From Gammaproteobacteria bacterium (GTDB taxonomy: Bacteria > Pseudomonadota > Gammaproteobacteria > Eutrophobiales > Eutrophobiaceae): 64,000 nt of DNA. Of this stretch, positions 43,723 through 52,367 are shown in pieces (within the stretch, counting starts at the first letter, position 1; every line of letters begins with the position of its first letter). The position numbers were made by a program, and so were the translations under genes. The notes under the pieces were generated by a model that was not told where the DNA came from, ran no database searches, and worked only from the letters and a program-made list of their open reading frames with translations. The DNA is taken from positions 128,001-192,000 of the forward strand of contig CAXMWX010000007.1 of the NCBI GenBank assembly GCA_963422205.2, in the 5' to 3' direction.

Positions 43723-44586
43723 ATGAACAGTGTGCTGACTACGGCTATTGATTTAGCACAGTTACCAGAAGTTGAATACGTGCCGCAGCTCACTCATGAT
43801 CAGATCACTGTCGAGACCATCCAGTGGTTACGGGATGAGTATGATATGGAACTGGCCGGCCCGGAGGCGCCAGACTACCGCATCATCCGTGCCTGCAACT
43901 ACCGCGAGATGCTGCTGCGCCAGCAGTACAACCGTGCCTGTCTGAACCTGACCTTGAAACATGCAACAGGTGAGTATCTCGATCATATCGGTATGACGTA
44001 CCACCGCACTGTCAGATTACCGGATGAGGGCGATGCGGCCTATCGCCAGCGCATTGCCTTAAGCCCGGAAGCGGTCAGTGTGGCCGGCCCCGATGGGGCT
44101 TATGTCTGGCATGTACTCAACGTTGACCCCTCGATACGCGGGGCCAAGGCGCATGAGTTGGCCGAGGGTCAGGTCGGGATTTATGTGCTGACCAACAGCG
44201 GTGAGTTAAGCGATGACTTGCAGGCACGGATTGAATCCGTGTTCAACGATCAATCCATTGGCCAGCCGCAGGCCGTGCGCCCGATTGCCATCCGGGTGTC
44301 CGTGCTGCCCTGCCAGATGCTGGACTATGCGATCAATGCCAGGCTTATCCTTGCGGGTGGGGTGGCCGCAGATGAGGTCAAGGCACACGCCTTGGCCGCC
44401 ATCCAAGCCTATACCAATCAGCAGATGCAGATAGGTGGTCGGGTGGTGCGCTCTTTCCTTGACCATCATCTGCATGTTCCCGGTGTCATACAAGTCACCT
44501 TGACCGGCTGGCACAACATTGAAGCCACCTTGACCCAGGCGCCCCGTTGTACCGCCATACATATCACCACCGAGGTGGGTGCATGA
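43723..44586 (+). CDS. Baseplate J protein
   Basis: IDLAQLP, YREMLLRQ, ATGEYLDHIG, SVAGPDGAY, VRPIA. Confidence 0.9.
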   Translation: MNSVLTTAIDLAQLPEVEYVPQLTHDQITVETIQWLRDEYDMELAGPEAPDYRIIRACNYREMLLRQQYNRACLNLTLKHATGEYLDHIGMTYHRTVRLPDEGDAAYRQRIALSPEAVSVAGPDGAYVWHVLNVDPSIRGAKAHELAEGQVGIYVLTNSGELSDDLQARIESVFNDQSIGQPQAVRPIAIRVSVLPCQMLDYAINARLILAGGVAADEVKAHALAAIQAYTNQQMQIGGRVVRSFLDHHLHVPGVIQVTLTGWHNIEATLTQAPRCTAIHITTEVGA

Positions 44587-45206
44587 GCAGTTTATTGCCC
44601 AGTCAGTATGCCCTGCGAGAACGCGCCTTGGAAGCGGCCGCTGGTGAGCGGCTGAATGCGCTTGTCTCACCTGCCTTAACCCTGTGGGATGCCGATAACT
44701 GCCCGGCTGACCACCTGCCACAATTAGCCGCCGCCTTAAGTGTGGACTTCTGGTATGTACAGGACGTACGGTATGCCGGTTTTGCAGGAGCAAAAACCGG
44801 TGATGACTGGCCGGAGGCAGTAAAGCGTCAGATGGTCAAGCAAGCACCGGAGTTGCATCGCTTGAAAGGCACCCCGGCAGGGCTGATCAAAGCACTGGCT
44901 ATCCTGGGTTATGGTCACAGTTACTTGCGCGAGTTTGTGGCCTGGAAACACGATGGCACGTTTACCCGCAACGGCGCAATTGCCTACGGCCAGACCCTTA
45001 CCTGGTATCAGTTTGATGTCTATCTGCAAGCCGGTGCTATCCCCGATGCCAATACACTGAACACGCTGCGCCGTTACATTCAGGCATTTAAGCCCACCCA
45101 TGCGCGCTTAAGGCGCATCTACTATGCCTCTTGTAAACACAACGGGCAGCACCAGCGCGATGGTCAGATTAACTACGATGGAGGCTTAAGCTATGGCGGA
45201 CATTAA
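44583..45206 (+). CDS. Phage tail protein I (P2 gpI-like) with in-frame 16-aa insertion
   Basis: SLLP, LWDADNCP..LP.LA..LSVDFW, HRLKGT; insert YVQDVRYAGFAGAKTG. Confidence 0.88.
   Translation: MSSLLPSQYALRERALEAAAGERLNALVSPALTLWDADNCPADHLPQLAAALSVDFWYVQDVRYAGFAGAKTGDDWPEAVKRQMVKQAPELHRLKGTPAGLIKALAILGYGHSYLREFVAWKHDGTFTRNGAIAYGQTLTWYQFDVYLQAGAIPDANTLNTLRRYIQAFKPTHARLRRIYYASCKHNGQHQRDGQINYDGGLSYGGH
44754..44801. repeat. 48-nt palindromic mini-element inserted in frame
   Basis: TATGTACAGGACGTACGGTATGCCGGTTTTGCAGGAGCAAAAACCGGT; near-identical inverted copy at 53677-53725. Confidence 0.85.
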
Positions 45207-46263
45207 CGAGCAATCACAGTGGGAGGATACTGTCTACCAACTGGAGACCACCGACCCGGTCGTCGGCGGCCCGGACGGCATCAGTAACACCCAGGCCAAG
45301 CAACTCGCCAACCGCACGGCCTGGCTGAAATCCCAGGTGGAGCAACTGCTATCTGAACTGAATGCTATCGGTATTGATGATGTTTCTGGTTTGCCAGCGG
45401 CCTTGAATGGCAAGGCGGCCAGCGCTCATAACCACAATGCCAGTGAGATTACCCGTGGCACCTTGAGTCTGTCCCGGCTCTCTACCGCCAGCCGCTATAC
45501 CGATGCCAGCCCCAGTAAGCTGGCCCTGGCCAGCGCTGTGCGCTCGCTCTATGACTGGGTGGTCAGCCAGCTCACCACCAAGGCCGAGGCCGATGCGCTG
45601 ACCCGGCATCTGGGTAATGCCCATGCCCACGGGGAGTATGCGCCGCTTAGCACCTATAACCGCAGCCAGCAGGCGCAGGATGGGCGCCTGACCACCCTGG
45701 AGGGTACGACCGAGAAACGCCATGTGCAGACCATCACCATCGCCGGCTCGACCAATTACCTGTATCCGGTGTTCTGGCAGTTTCCCGATAATCGCTTCGG
45801 CGTAGGCAAACTGGAGATCAGCCGCCATTACGGCTGGAACCAGGGCGTGCTTCCCAACGACTACGACCAGCCCTATCGGGTGGCGTCCCTGCTTTTGCAA
45901 CTAGAGGGCAATGATGCGCCCTGGGGCGGTGATGCTGAGTATATGAAGGTCTTGAAATACTTCCGTCAATACCACAAAACCGCCTCGCACCTGCGCTATA
46001 TGGGCTATGCCAGGCGAGAGAAAATCAATGCCACCGGGGTAGCGCTGTACGGCGCTGCCAATACCAACTACACCCACAGCGGGATTTATCTGCGGGGTGG
46101 CGGGCTGCGCTACCGCTTCTCATCGAACTGGCCGCTGAACCTGATACGCCTGGCCGATGAGAACAGTGCCACCGCCAGAGCGGTACTGACTGAGCAATAC
46201 AACACCCGCTGGTATGTGCAGCGCATACCGTTCACCGCCCTGGAAGAGCCGACCGAGGATTAG
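45193..46263 (+). CDS. Tail fibre protein
   Basis: N-terminal WEDTVYQLETTDPVVGGPDGISN.QAKQLANRT.WLK baseplate-attachment motif; HNH repeat. Confidence 0.85.
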   Translation: MADINEQSQWEDTVYQLETTDPVVGGPDGISNTQAKQLANRTAWLKSQVEQLLSELNAIGIDDVSGLPAALNGKAASAHNHNASEITRGTLSLSRLSTASRYTDASPSKLALASAVRSLYDWVVSQLTTKAEADALTRHLGNAHAHGEYAPLSTYNRSQQAQDGRLTTLEGTTEKRHVQTITIAGSTNYLYPVFWQFPDNRFGVGKLEISRHYGWNQGVLPNDYDQPYRVASLLLQLEGNDAPWGGDAEYMKVLKYFRQYHKTASHLRYMGYARREKINATGVALYGAANTNYTHSGIYLRGGGLRYRFSSNWPLNLIRLADENSATARAVLTEQYNTRWYVQRIPFTALEEPTED

Positions 46264-46266
46264 ACC

Positions 46267-46686
46267 ATGACTGAGGAGATCACACTGACCCACGATGAGG
46301 CGGTGGCCCTGGCCGAAGCCGAGGTCGCCCACATCCATAAAAAACGCCTGCGGGCAGACATCAAAGCTGAAGCCGGCGATCCCTTGTCCTTGCTCGGCAC
46401 CACGGCCGATGCCACACAGCTACTGCTGTATCACGTTGCGATGTTGGTCAGCCACCTGCACACTGCCACCACGCTGGCCGAAGTCAGGGAGGCCGCCGCC
46501 CCCTTTGCTACCCTCGCCAGTCCCTTTCTCGCCAGGGTTGAATCCGGCGAGGTCAGACTGCCCTATCAGACCAAAGGACTGGAAGTGGTGATGGGCGATA
46601 TTGAACGCAGGGCGAGCGCCGTGGCCGAGGCACTCGCCAACCACACACCCACAACCCCATCTGATACCACAGGAGAGTCATTATGA
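46267..46686 (+). CDS. Hypothetical phage protein following the tail fibre (possible chaperone)
   Basis: GDPLSLLGTTADATQLLL; coupled to both fibre and sheath genes. Confidence 0.6.
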   Translation: MTEEITLTHDEAVALAEAEVAHIHKKRLRADIKAEAGDPLSLLGTTADATQLLLYHVAMLVSHLHTATTLAEVREAAAPFATLASPFLARVESGEVRLPYQTKGLEVVMGDIERRASAVAEALANHTPTTPSDTTGESL

Positions 46687-47861
46687 CGATGCGAAACAAA
46701 CTCCACGGTGTTGAGCACCGCTACTTACCCCTGGACAAACCCATTGAGGTGGTGGCCGCTTCCACCATTGCCTTGACCGCCACGGCGGACGATGCCGATG
46801 CTGACCACTTCCCCTTAAACACACCCGTCTTGGTCAGTCAGCCCGATGACATCGCCCAGGCCGGCACCCGTGGCACCTTGGCGAATGCCCTTAACGACAT
46901 CTATGCCCAGCAGCCCACCTTAGTCATCGTGGTGCGGGTAGCCGAGGCCGATACCGAGACTGGTACCACCGCCGAGCAGCAGGGCGCACAGGTGGCTCAT
47001 CTCATCGGCACGGTGGATAACGAGACCAACACCTTCACCGGCATGCAGGCGATTCTGAACGCTGAGGCTACCCTCGGCATGATTCCTCGGCTGTTTATCT
47101 GTCCGGGCTTCAGTCAGATAGAAGCGGTGGGGACAGCATTGGAAGCCCTTGCCAAAAAGCTCCGGGGGATGGCCATCATTGATGGGCAATCCGATGGCTT
47201 ATCCGCCGCTATACAGGATAAGAACCGCTACGATGAGGTGCTGTTTGTCGATAACGGGATTCGGCTGTTTGATACTGATAGCCAGGCTTATATCACCCGT
47301 GAGGCCTCCGCCTCGGTGGCCGGGCATATCGTGCGGATTGATTATGCGCATGGCTACTGGCACAGCCCCTCCAACCATCGGCTCTACGGCATCACCGGGC
47401 CGGGTGTTTCGGTGGACTACACCCGCGGCTCCAAGACCTGTCTGGCCAATGTCTTGTCTGCCAATGACATCGGTACCGTGATAAATAAGGAAGGCGGGCC
47501 GGTGTTCTGGGGCAATCGGCTGGCGAACGGGATGCTCATCCCGCACCAGCGACTGCGCTATCTGGTGGGGGATTCCATCATGGCGGCCCATGAGGAGTAC
47601 GTGGACAGAAACTTAACCACCAGCTACTACGAGTTTATGATTGACCGGGTCAACCGCTTTATCCGCCGGCTAACACTCGCTGGCAAGATTGCTGGCGGGG
47701 AATGCTGGCTGAATGCGGAGCTGAACAAAGCCGCCGCTGAGGCCAACACGGCCTACTTTGATTATAAGCTGGGCTTCTTTAATGTCGCTGAGACGCTTGT
47801 TTTCAGGCAGCACGTCACCGCCGAGTACAACAACCAGATTATTGACCGCATTGCAACCTGA
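46683..47861 (+). CDS. Contractile tail sheath protein
   Basis: HGVE, FPLNTPVL, GTRGTL, PRLFICPGFS, GYWHSPSN, FWGNR. Confidence 0.92.
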   Translation: MTMRNKLHGVEHRYLPLDKPIEVVAASTIALTATADDADADHFPLNTPVLVSQPDDIAQAGTRGTLANALNDIYAQQPTLVIVVRVAEADTETGTTAEQQGAQVAHLIGTVDNETNTFTGMQAILNAEATLGMIPRLFICPGFSQIEAVGTALEALAKKLRGMAIIDGQSDGLSAAIQDKNRYDEVLFVDNGIRLFDTDSQAYITREASASVAGHIVRIDYAHGYWHSPSNHRLYGITGPGVSVDYTRGSKTCLANVLSANDIGTVINKEGGPVFWGNRLANGMLIPHQRLRYLVGDSIMAAHEEYVDRNLTTSYYEFMIDRVNRFIRRLTLAGKIAGGECWLNAELNKAAAEANTAYFDYKLGFFNVAETLVFRQHVTAEYNNQIIDRIAT

Positions 47862-47952
47862 GGACAGATGGCGGGGGACAGAAGACAGATTGTAAGGAGC
47901 GGCTTCGCCGCACTTTATTGTCCGTCCTCCGTCTCCTGTCCTCAGTCCTCCG
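47858..47952. repeat. Heptamer-periodic inverted repeat 5 (sheath/tube junction)
   Basis: GAGGACAGA..GACAGAAGACAGA, GCGGCTTCGCCGC inner hairpin, TGTCCGTCCTCCGTCTCCTGTCCTCAG. Confidence 0.8.
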
Positions 47953-47968
47953 AATCAGGAGCACGACT

Positions 47969-48484
47969 ATGAGTATAAAAATCTTACAAGGCATGAACTG
48001 CTTTATTGACGGGCAGGAGTTTATCGGCGTGGCCACCAAGGCCGCTATCATCTACCCGCAACCGAAGATGAAGGATGTCGCCAGCCCAGGGCTGGCCGGG
48101 ATGCGCAAGCTACAGACCGGCAAATGGGAGCTGGAGGACTTGAAAGTGACCTTGCAGGACTACCCGCCCGAGGTGATTGGCCTGGTGGGTCATCCTGAGA
48201 GCTCAGAGAAACCCGTGCAGTTGATTGGTGTGATGGGGCCGGAGGATCCCCGCACCGTGACCGTGACCATCACCGGCCCCTGGAACACCCTGGAAGGCGA
48301 TGAGTGGGCGGATGACAGTGACAGTTCTTTAAGTTTCGGCATCTTCCCGGAAGTCTACACGCTGACCATCAATGGCAAAGAGGTCGTGTTCTACGACTGC
48401 CAGGCCAATGAAGTCAGGCTAAATGGCAAATCCATGACGGCCGATCTCAACAAGCGCCTAAAGCGCACCACCGGATTGGTGTAA
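47969..48484 (+). CDS. Major tail tube protein (P2 FII-like)
   Basis: NCFIDG..FIG, YTLTINGKEV..D; directly after the sheath gene. Confidence 0.8.
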   Translation: MSIKILQGMNCFIDGQEFIGVATKAAIIYPQPKMKDVASPGLAGMRKLQTGKWELEDLKVTLQDYPPEVIGLVGHPESSEKPVQLIGVMGPEDPRTVTVTITGPWNTLEGDEWADDSDSSLSFGIFPEVYTLTINGKEVVFYDCQANEVRLNGKSMTADLNKRLKRTTGLV

Positions 48485-48502
48485 CCCAGAGGAGAGAACA
48501 CA

Positions 48503-48739
48503 ATGGAGAAAATCACACTCGCCTATCCGATTGAGGATGAAGGCAAACAGATAAGCACACTTGAGTTGCGCCGGGCAAGGGTCGCCGATCTGGAAGTCAT
48601 GGAGCGAGAGAGCGGTAACATGGCCAAGAGCATTGTCCTGCTCTCGCAACTGAGCGGTCTGTCCACTGATGCCATTCGCCAACTGGATGCGGCCGACTTT
48701 GATGCAGCCAGTGAGCAGGTGGCGGGTTTTTTAGCCTAA
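48503..48739 (+). CDS. Tail assembly chaperone (gpE/gp41)
   Basis: ITLAYPI..G..I..LELRR..V.DL, LDAADF; ends in the slippery sequence GGGTTTTTT. Confidence 0.85.
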   Translation: MEKITLAYPIEDEGKQISTLELRRARVADLEVMERESGNMAKSIVLLSQLSGLSTDAIRQLDAADFDAASEQVAGFLA

Positions 48740-48882
48740 GGGCGGAGAAGATGCGCCCCATGCTGGCCAATCTGGCGGTGGTGTTTCACTGGTCTCTTGA
48801 AGACATGAAGCAGATGCCACTGGAGGAGTTAATGGCCTACCACACGCTGGCGCTGGAGCGGGCGGTGCTTAGTCGAAAATAG
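48724..48882 (+). CDS. GpE' extension reached by -1 ribosomal frameshift
   Basis: -1 frame encodes ANLAVVFHWSLEDMKQMPLEELMAY (P2 GpE family). Confidence 0.75.
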   Translation, partial: GFFSLRAEKMRPMLANLAVVFHWSLEDMKQMPLEELMAYHTLALERAVLSRK

Positions 48883-49126
48883 AACGAACTGTCTCAATCA
48901 TTTCCATCATCATGCCAATGACCCAAACAAAGCACAGCATCGCCAGGCCCGCTACCAGACCGCCCGCTAAGGCTGCACCCAGAAACGTGCCAACACTGGT
49001 GCCGTATACCGAGCACATAAACCAGCCACTTAAGATGGCTATGGCTATCACCGGGCTCAAGATGATGCAACAGAAACGCCACACTCCTCTGCGGTATGCT
49101 TGGCTAAGATCAGAGTCATTATCCAT
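48869..49126 (-). CDS. Small two-TM membrane protein (moron-like, antisense to tail operon)
   Basis: 85 aa, two hydrophobic helices, fills the gap before the tape measure gene. Confidence 0.5.
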   Translation of the reverse strand: MDNDSDLSQAYRRGVWRFCCIILSPVIAIAILSGWFMCSVYGTSVGTFLGAALAGGLVAGLAMLCFVWVIGMMMEMIETVRSIFD

Positions 49127-49140
49127 AGGCCAAGTATAGC

Positions 49141-51540
49141 ATGACCCAGCTCAATGTCTCAGCCGAAGTCAATCTGGTGGATAAATTCAGTGCCTCGGCT
49201 GCGAAGATTGCCGGGGTGTCTGAAAAACTGGCTGGACGTCTGCACGAGGGACAGAAAAAGCTGCGCGCCCTGGGGCGTAAAGGCCAAGCGATAGCGCACC
49301 TGAAAGCCCTCTCGGCACGCCTGGGTAAAACGGCTGCTGAGATGGATAGAGCGAAACAGCGCACAGCCCAGCTAGGCCGGGAGTTGGCCGCCACCACCAA
49401 GCCGACTAAACAACTGCAACGGCAGTTTGAGGCGGCCAGGAAACATGCTGACAACCTCAAACGTCAGCACCAGCAGCAACGCGATGAGCTGAAACGCCTG
49501 CGCGGTGAGTTGCGTGGTGCAGGCATAGATACCCGTAACTTAGGTGAGGCCCAGCGTAAGATTGCCAGTAATATGGCCGCCGCTACCCGCAAGATGGAAG
49601 GCATGGCCAAACAAGCCGATAAGGTGGCCGCTGCCCGGGCCAACTACGACCGCACCCTGCAACAAGCCGCCAACATCTCCCTGGTGGCCGGTGGCGTGCA
49701 TCGCCTCGGCCAAGGGGCTTTGAGTATGGTAGCAGAGCCCATTGCCCAGATGCGTACCGTTGCGCGTTCCCGCGGCGAGCTGGCCTCGCTGGGCATGGAT
49801 AAAAGCGGGGTGGATCAGATCGCCGCCCGTGGTCGGGAGCTGTCCACCCAACTGGCCGGGGTGACCACCGCCGCCTTTGTCTCAGCAGCGTATGACATCA
49901 AGAGCGGCATTGCCAGCTTAGATGATGCCGGGGTCGCCGATATGACGGCGATGGCGGCGCTGACCGCCAAGGCCACCAAGGCCGAGGTGGGGCAGATGAC
50001 CAGTTTTTTTGCCACCAGTTATGGGTCGTTCAAGGACAGTCTGTATGAGACCATCAGTAACCGGGACTTCGGCAACATCCTCTCGGCCTCGCTGGCCAAG
50101 TCGGTGCAGCAGTTCAAGACCGATGGGGCGAAGATGCAGCAGGCCATTCAGTCGATGGGCTCAGGATTGGCTGAATCCGGCATCTCACTGGCCGAGCAGT
50201 TCACCGCCCTGGGTATGTTGCAGCAAAAGATGGAAGCCGGTGTGGCTGGCACCACCATGAAGGCGCTGGAGCGCTCGGCTGCCCAGGCACAAGCCCGCTT
50301 TGAGAAGATGGGCATGTCGATTGAAACCCTGGATGAGAACGGCAACCTGCGCAGCCTGCCGGCGTTGATAGCAGAGATGCAGGCTGCTTTTGGTAAGGAC
50401 TACACATCCGAGACGGGTGCCATCATTCAGGAGGCCTTCGGCACGGCTGAGGCGGTGGAGTTTTTCAAGGCCTTGTGGGGGCAGCAGGATGCCTTCCGGG
50501 AGAACACCCAGGCACTGGCAGAGGCACAGCAACAGGGCACGGCCTTTACCCAGACGATGGCATCGGCAATGGATGCCAATATGGATGCCCGGTTGCATAT
50601 CCTTGAGCAGCGCTTTGCCGTCATCAAAGAACGGCTGGGCAGCGCACTCATCCCCGCCCTGGAGAGACTGATGCCGTGGCTTGAGAAAGCTGCCGGATGG
50701 ATCAGCCGCCTGGTCGATAACAACAGCCGCTTGACCAGGTTTTTCATGGCGGCGGTGGCGGGTGTGGGTTTGATTGCCACGGTCATCGCCCCGGTGATTA
50801 CCGCCGTTGCCGCCTTGACCACAACGCTGGCTTATCTCGGCTATGCCGCCAGAAAATCCGCTGCCGAGACTGCCCTGGCCTCGGCTGTGATGGGTGGTGG
50901 CAAGGGCAGGGGCTTACGCGGCATGGCGGGCAAGGCTGGCGGGATGCTCAAAGGCAAACTGGGGCTGGTGGGCGCAGGCATCGGTACCCTGGCCATTGGC
51001 ACGACCTTGATGGATGATACATTGAGCGGCGGGGAGAAAGCCGCCCAGATCAGCCGCGAGGCGGGCGGCATCGGCGGGGCGCTGGCCGGGGCAGCAGCGG
51101 GTGCGGCCTTAGGCTCCATTGTACCGGTGGTGGGTACTGCTATTGGTGGCATTGCGGGCGGCATCATCGGTGGTATGTCCGGCAACGCGCTGGCCGATGG
51201 CCTGGTCGGGTTATTCTCCTCGGATGATGGGGCAAAACGCACACCGGACACATCTGCTACCACACTCGCCTCTGCTGCCCTGATGGGCACAGCACTGGCT
51301 GCGGCCCCCGTAGCTGCCCAGTCGGACGAGGCAGCACTACCCGCATCCCTGCCTGTTATCACCGCAGCACAAGCACCGCCCAGCACACAACACACCGATA
51401 ACAGCACCCACAGCTACCACATCACCGTCACCCCCAGCCCCGGCATGGATGAGCAGCGTCTGACTGAGCTGGTGGTCGAGAAACTCAAGGCAGCCAACCA
51501 GGCCACCGCCCGCCGTGCCCGTGCCCGCCAGCATGACTGA
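49141..51540 (+). CDS. Tail tape measure protein
   Basis: Ala-rich helical 799 aa; AAYDIKSGI, SVQQFKTDG, C-terminal Gly-rich TM segments. Confidence 0.9.
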   Translation: MTQLNVSAEVNLVDKFSASAAKIAGVSEKLAGRLHEGQKKLRALGRKGQAIAHLKALSARLGKTAAEMDRAKQRTAQLGRELAATTKPTKQLQRQFEAARKHADNLKRQHQQQRDELKRLRGELRGAGIDTRNLGEAQRKIASNMAAATRKMEGMAKQADKVAAARANYDRTLQQAANISLVAGGVHRLGQGALSMVAEPIAQMRTVARSRGELASLGMDKSGVDQIAARGRELSTQLAGVTTAAFVSAAYDIKSGIASLDDAGVADMTAMAALTAKATKAEVGQMTSFFATSYGSFKDSLYETISNRDFGNILSASLAKSVQQFKTDGAKMQQAIQSMGSGLAESGISLAEQFTALGMLQQKMEAGVAGTTMKALERSAAQAQARFEKMGMSIETLDENGNLRSLPALIAEMQAAFGKDYTSETGAIIQEAFGTAEAVEFFKALWGQQDAFRENTQALAEAQQQGTAFTQTMASAMDANMDARLHILEQRFAVIKERLGSALIPALERLMPWLEKAAGWISRLVDNNSRLTRFFMAAVAGVGLIATVIAPVITAVAALTTTLAYLGYAARKSAAETALASAVMGGGKGRGLRGMAGKAGGMLKGKLGLVGAGIGTLAIGTTLMDDTLSGGEKAAQISREAGGIGGALAGAAAGAALGSIVPVVGTAIGGIAGGIIGGMSGNALADGLVGLFSSDDGAKRTPDTSATTLASAALMGTALAAAPVAAQSDEAALPASLPVITAAQAPPSTQHTDNSTHSYHITVTPSPGMDEQRLTELVVEKLKAANQATARRARARQHD

Positions 51541-51541
51541 T

Positions 51542-51641
51542 CGGAGGACAGATGACGGAGAATGGAGGACAGAAAATAAAGTATGCCGCAGAGCGGCATC
51601 CTCTACAGTCTGTCCTCGGTCTTCTGTCGTCTGATTTCTGA
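51542..51641. repeat. Heptamer-periodic inverted repeat 6 (tape measure/gpU junction)
   Basis: CGGAGGA-CAGATGA-CGGAGAA-TGGAGGA-CAGA arm, ATGCCGCAGAGCGGCAT inner hairpin, pyrimidine arm. Confidence 0.85.
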
Positions 51642-52043
51642 ATGCCGACCCAACTGATGCTCGGCGAGTTCCCCTTCAGCCTCGCTACCACGGAGTATGA
51701 CCGGCTGAACCGAACACTTAGCTGGCGCTGGCCATCCCAGACACGCCTGAACCGAAAGCCCGCCCTGCAATACCAGGGGCCTGAGATCATCACCTTGCAG
51801 TTAAACGGCACGATACACGTCAAAGCAGCCAGGGACTTAACGTTACCTGAGGCCATGCAGCGTGAGGCCGACAAGGGTGAACCGCTGGCGCTGCTGGTGG
51901 GTAATGGCGAACTGGCTGCCCGCTACGGCGGGCGCTGGGTGATGACCGAGCTAGCGTTCAATGACAGCGATCTGCTCGGTGATGGCACCCTGCTCACCAT
52001 TGCCTTCAGCATGACCTTGAAACAATGGGGCGAAGACAGATGA
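51642..52043 (+). CDS. Phage tail protein (P2 gpU-like)
   Basis: LMLGEFPFSLAT..Y..L.R...WRW..Q.RL..KPALQY.GP. Confidence 0.88.
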   Translation: MPTQLMLGEFPFSLATTEYDRLNRTLSWRWPSQTRLNRKPALQYQGPEIITLQLNGTIHVKAARDLTLPEAMQREADKGEPLALLVGNGELAARYGGRWVMTELAFNDSDLLGDGTLLTIAFSMTLKQWGEDR

Positions 52044-52172
52044 CAGACGGCAGAATACAGAGGACAGAACATAAAGATGGCGCAAAGCGCCATGCCGCCA
52101 GTCTGTCTTCAGTTCTCCGTCCCCTGCTTGCGCGCTGCGCGCAGGCAAGTCTGTCCTCCGTCATCCGTACTC
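52033..52172. repeat. Heptamer-periodic inverted repeat 7 occupying the 5' end of gpX, with nested 27-nt element
   Basis: CAGAGGA arms, ATGGCGCAAAGCGCCAT inner hairpin, CCTGCTTGCGCGCTGCGCGCAGGCAAG at 52123-52149. Confidence 0.85.
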
Positions 52173-52366
52173 AGAATGGCGATATGCTCGATGCGCTATG
52201 TCACCAGCACTATCCCGACATCAAACCATCAGAGGCCATGCCCGTTGTCCTGGCGGCTAACCCCGGCCTGGAACAGCAACCAGCGGTGTTGCCCGAGGGC
52301 ATGACGATAACCCTGCCCGACATCCCAAGGCCAGCGCCCGAAGCGGCTATTGAGTTGTGGAGTTAG
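52040..52366 (+). CDS. Tail protein X (P2 gpX-like) with repeat-derived N-terminal extension
   Basis: RTQNGDMLDALCHQHY..VLAANPGL..VLPEGMTITLP. Confidence 0.85.
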   Translation: MTDGRIQRTEHKDGAKRHAASLSSVLRPLLARCAQASLSSVIRTQNGDMLDALCHQHYPDIKPSEAMPVVLAANPGLEQQPAVLPEGMTITLPDIPRPAPEAAIELWS

Positions 52367-52367
52367 T

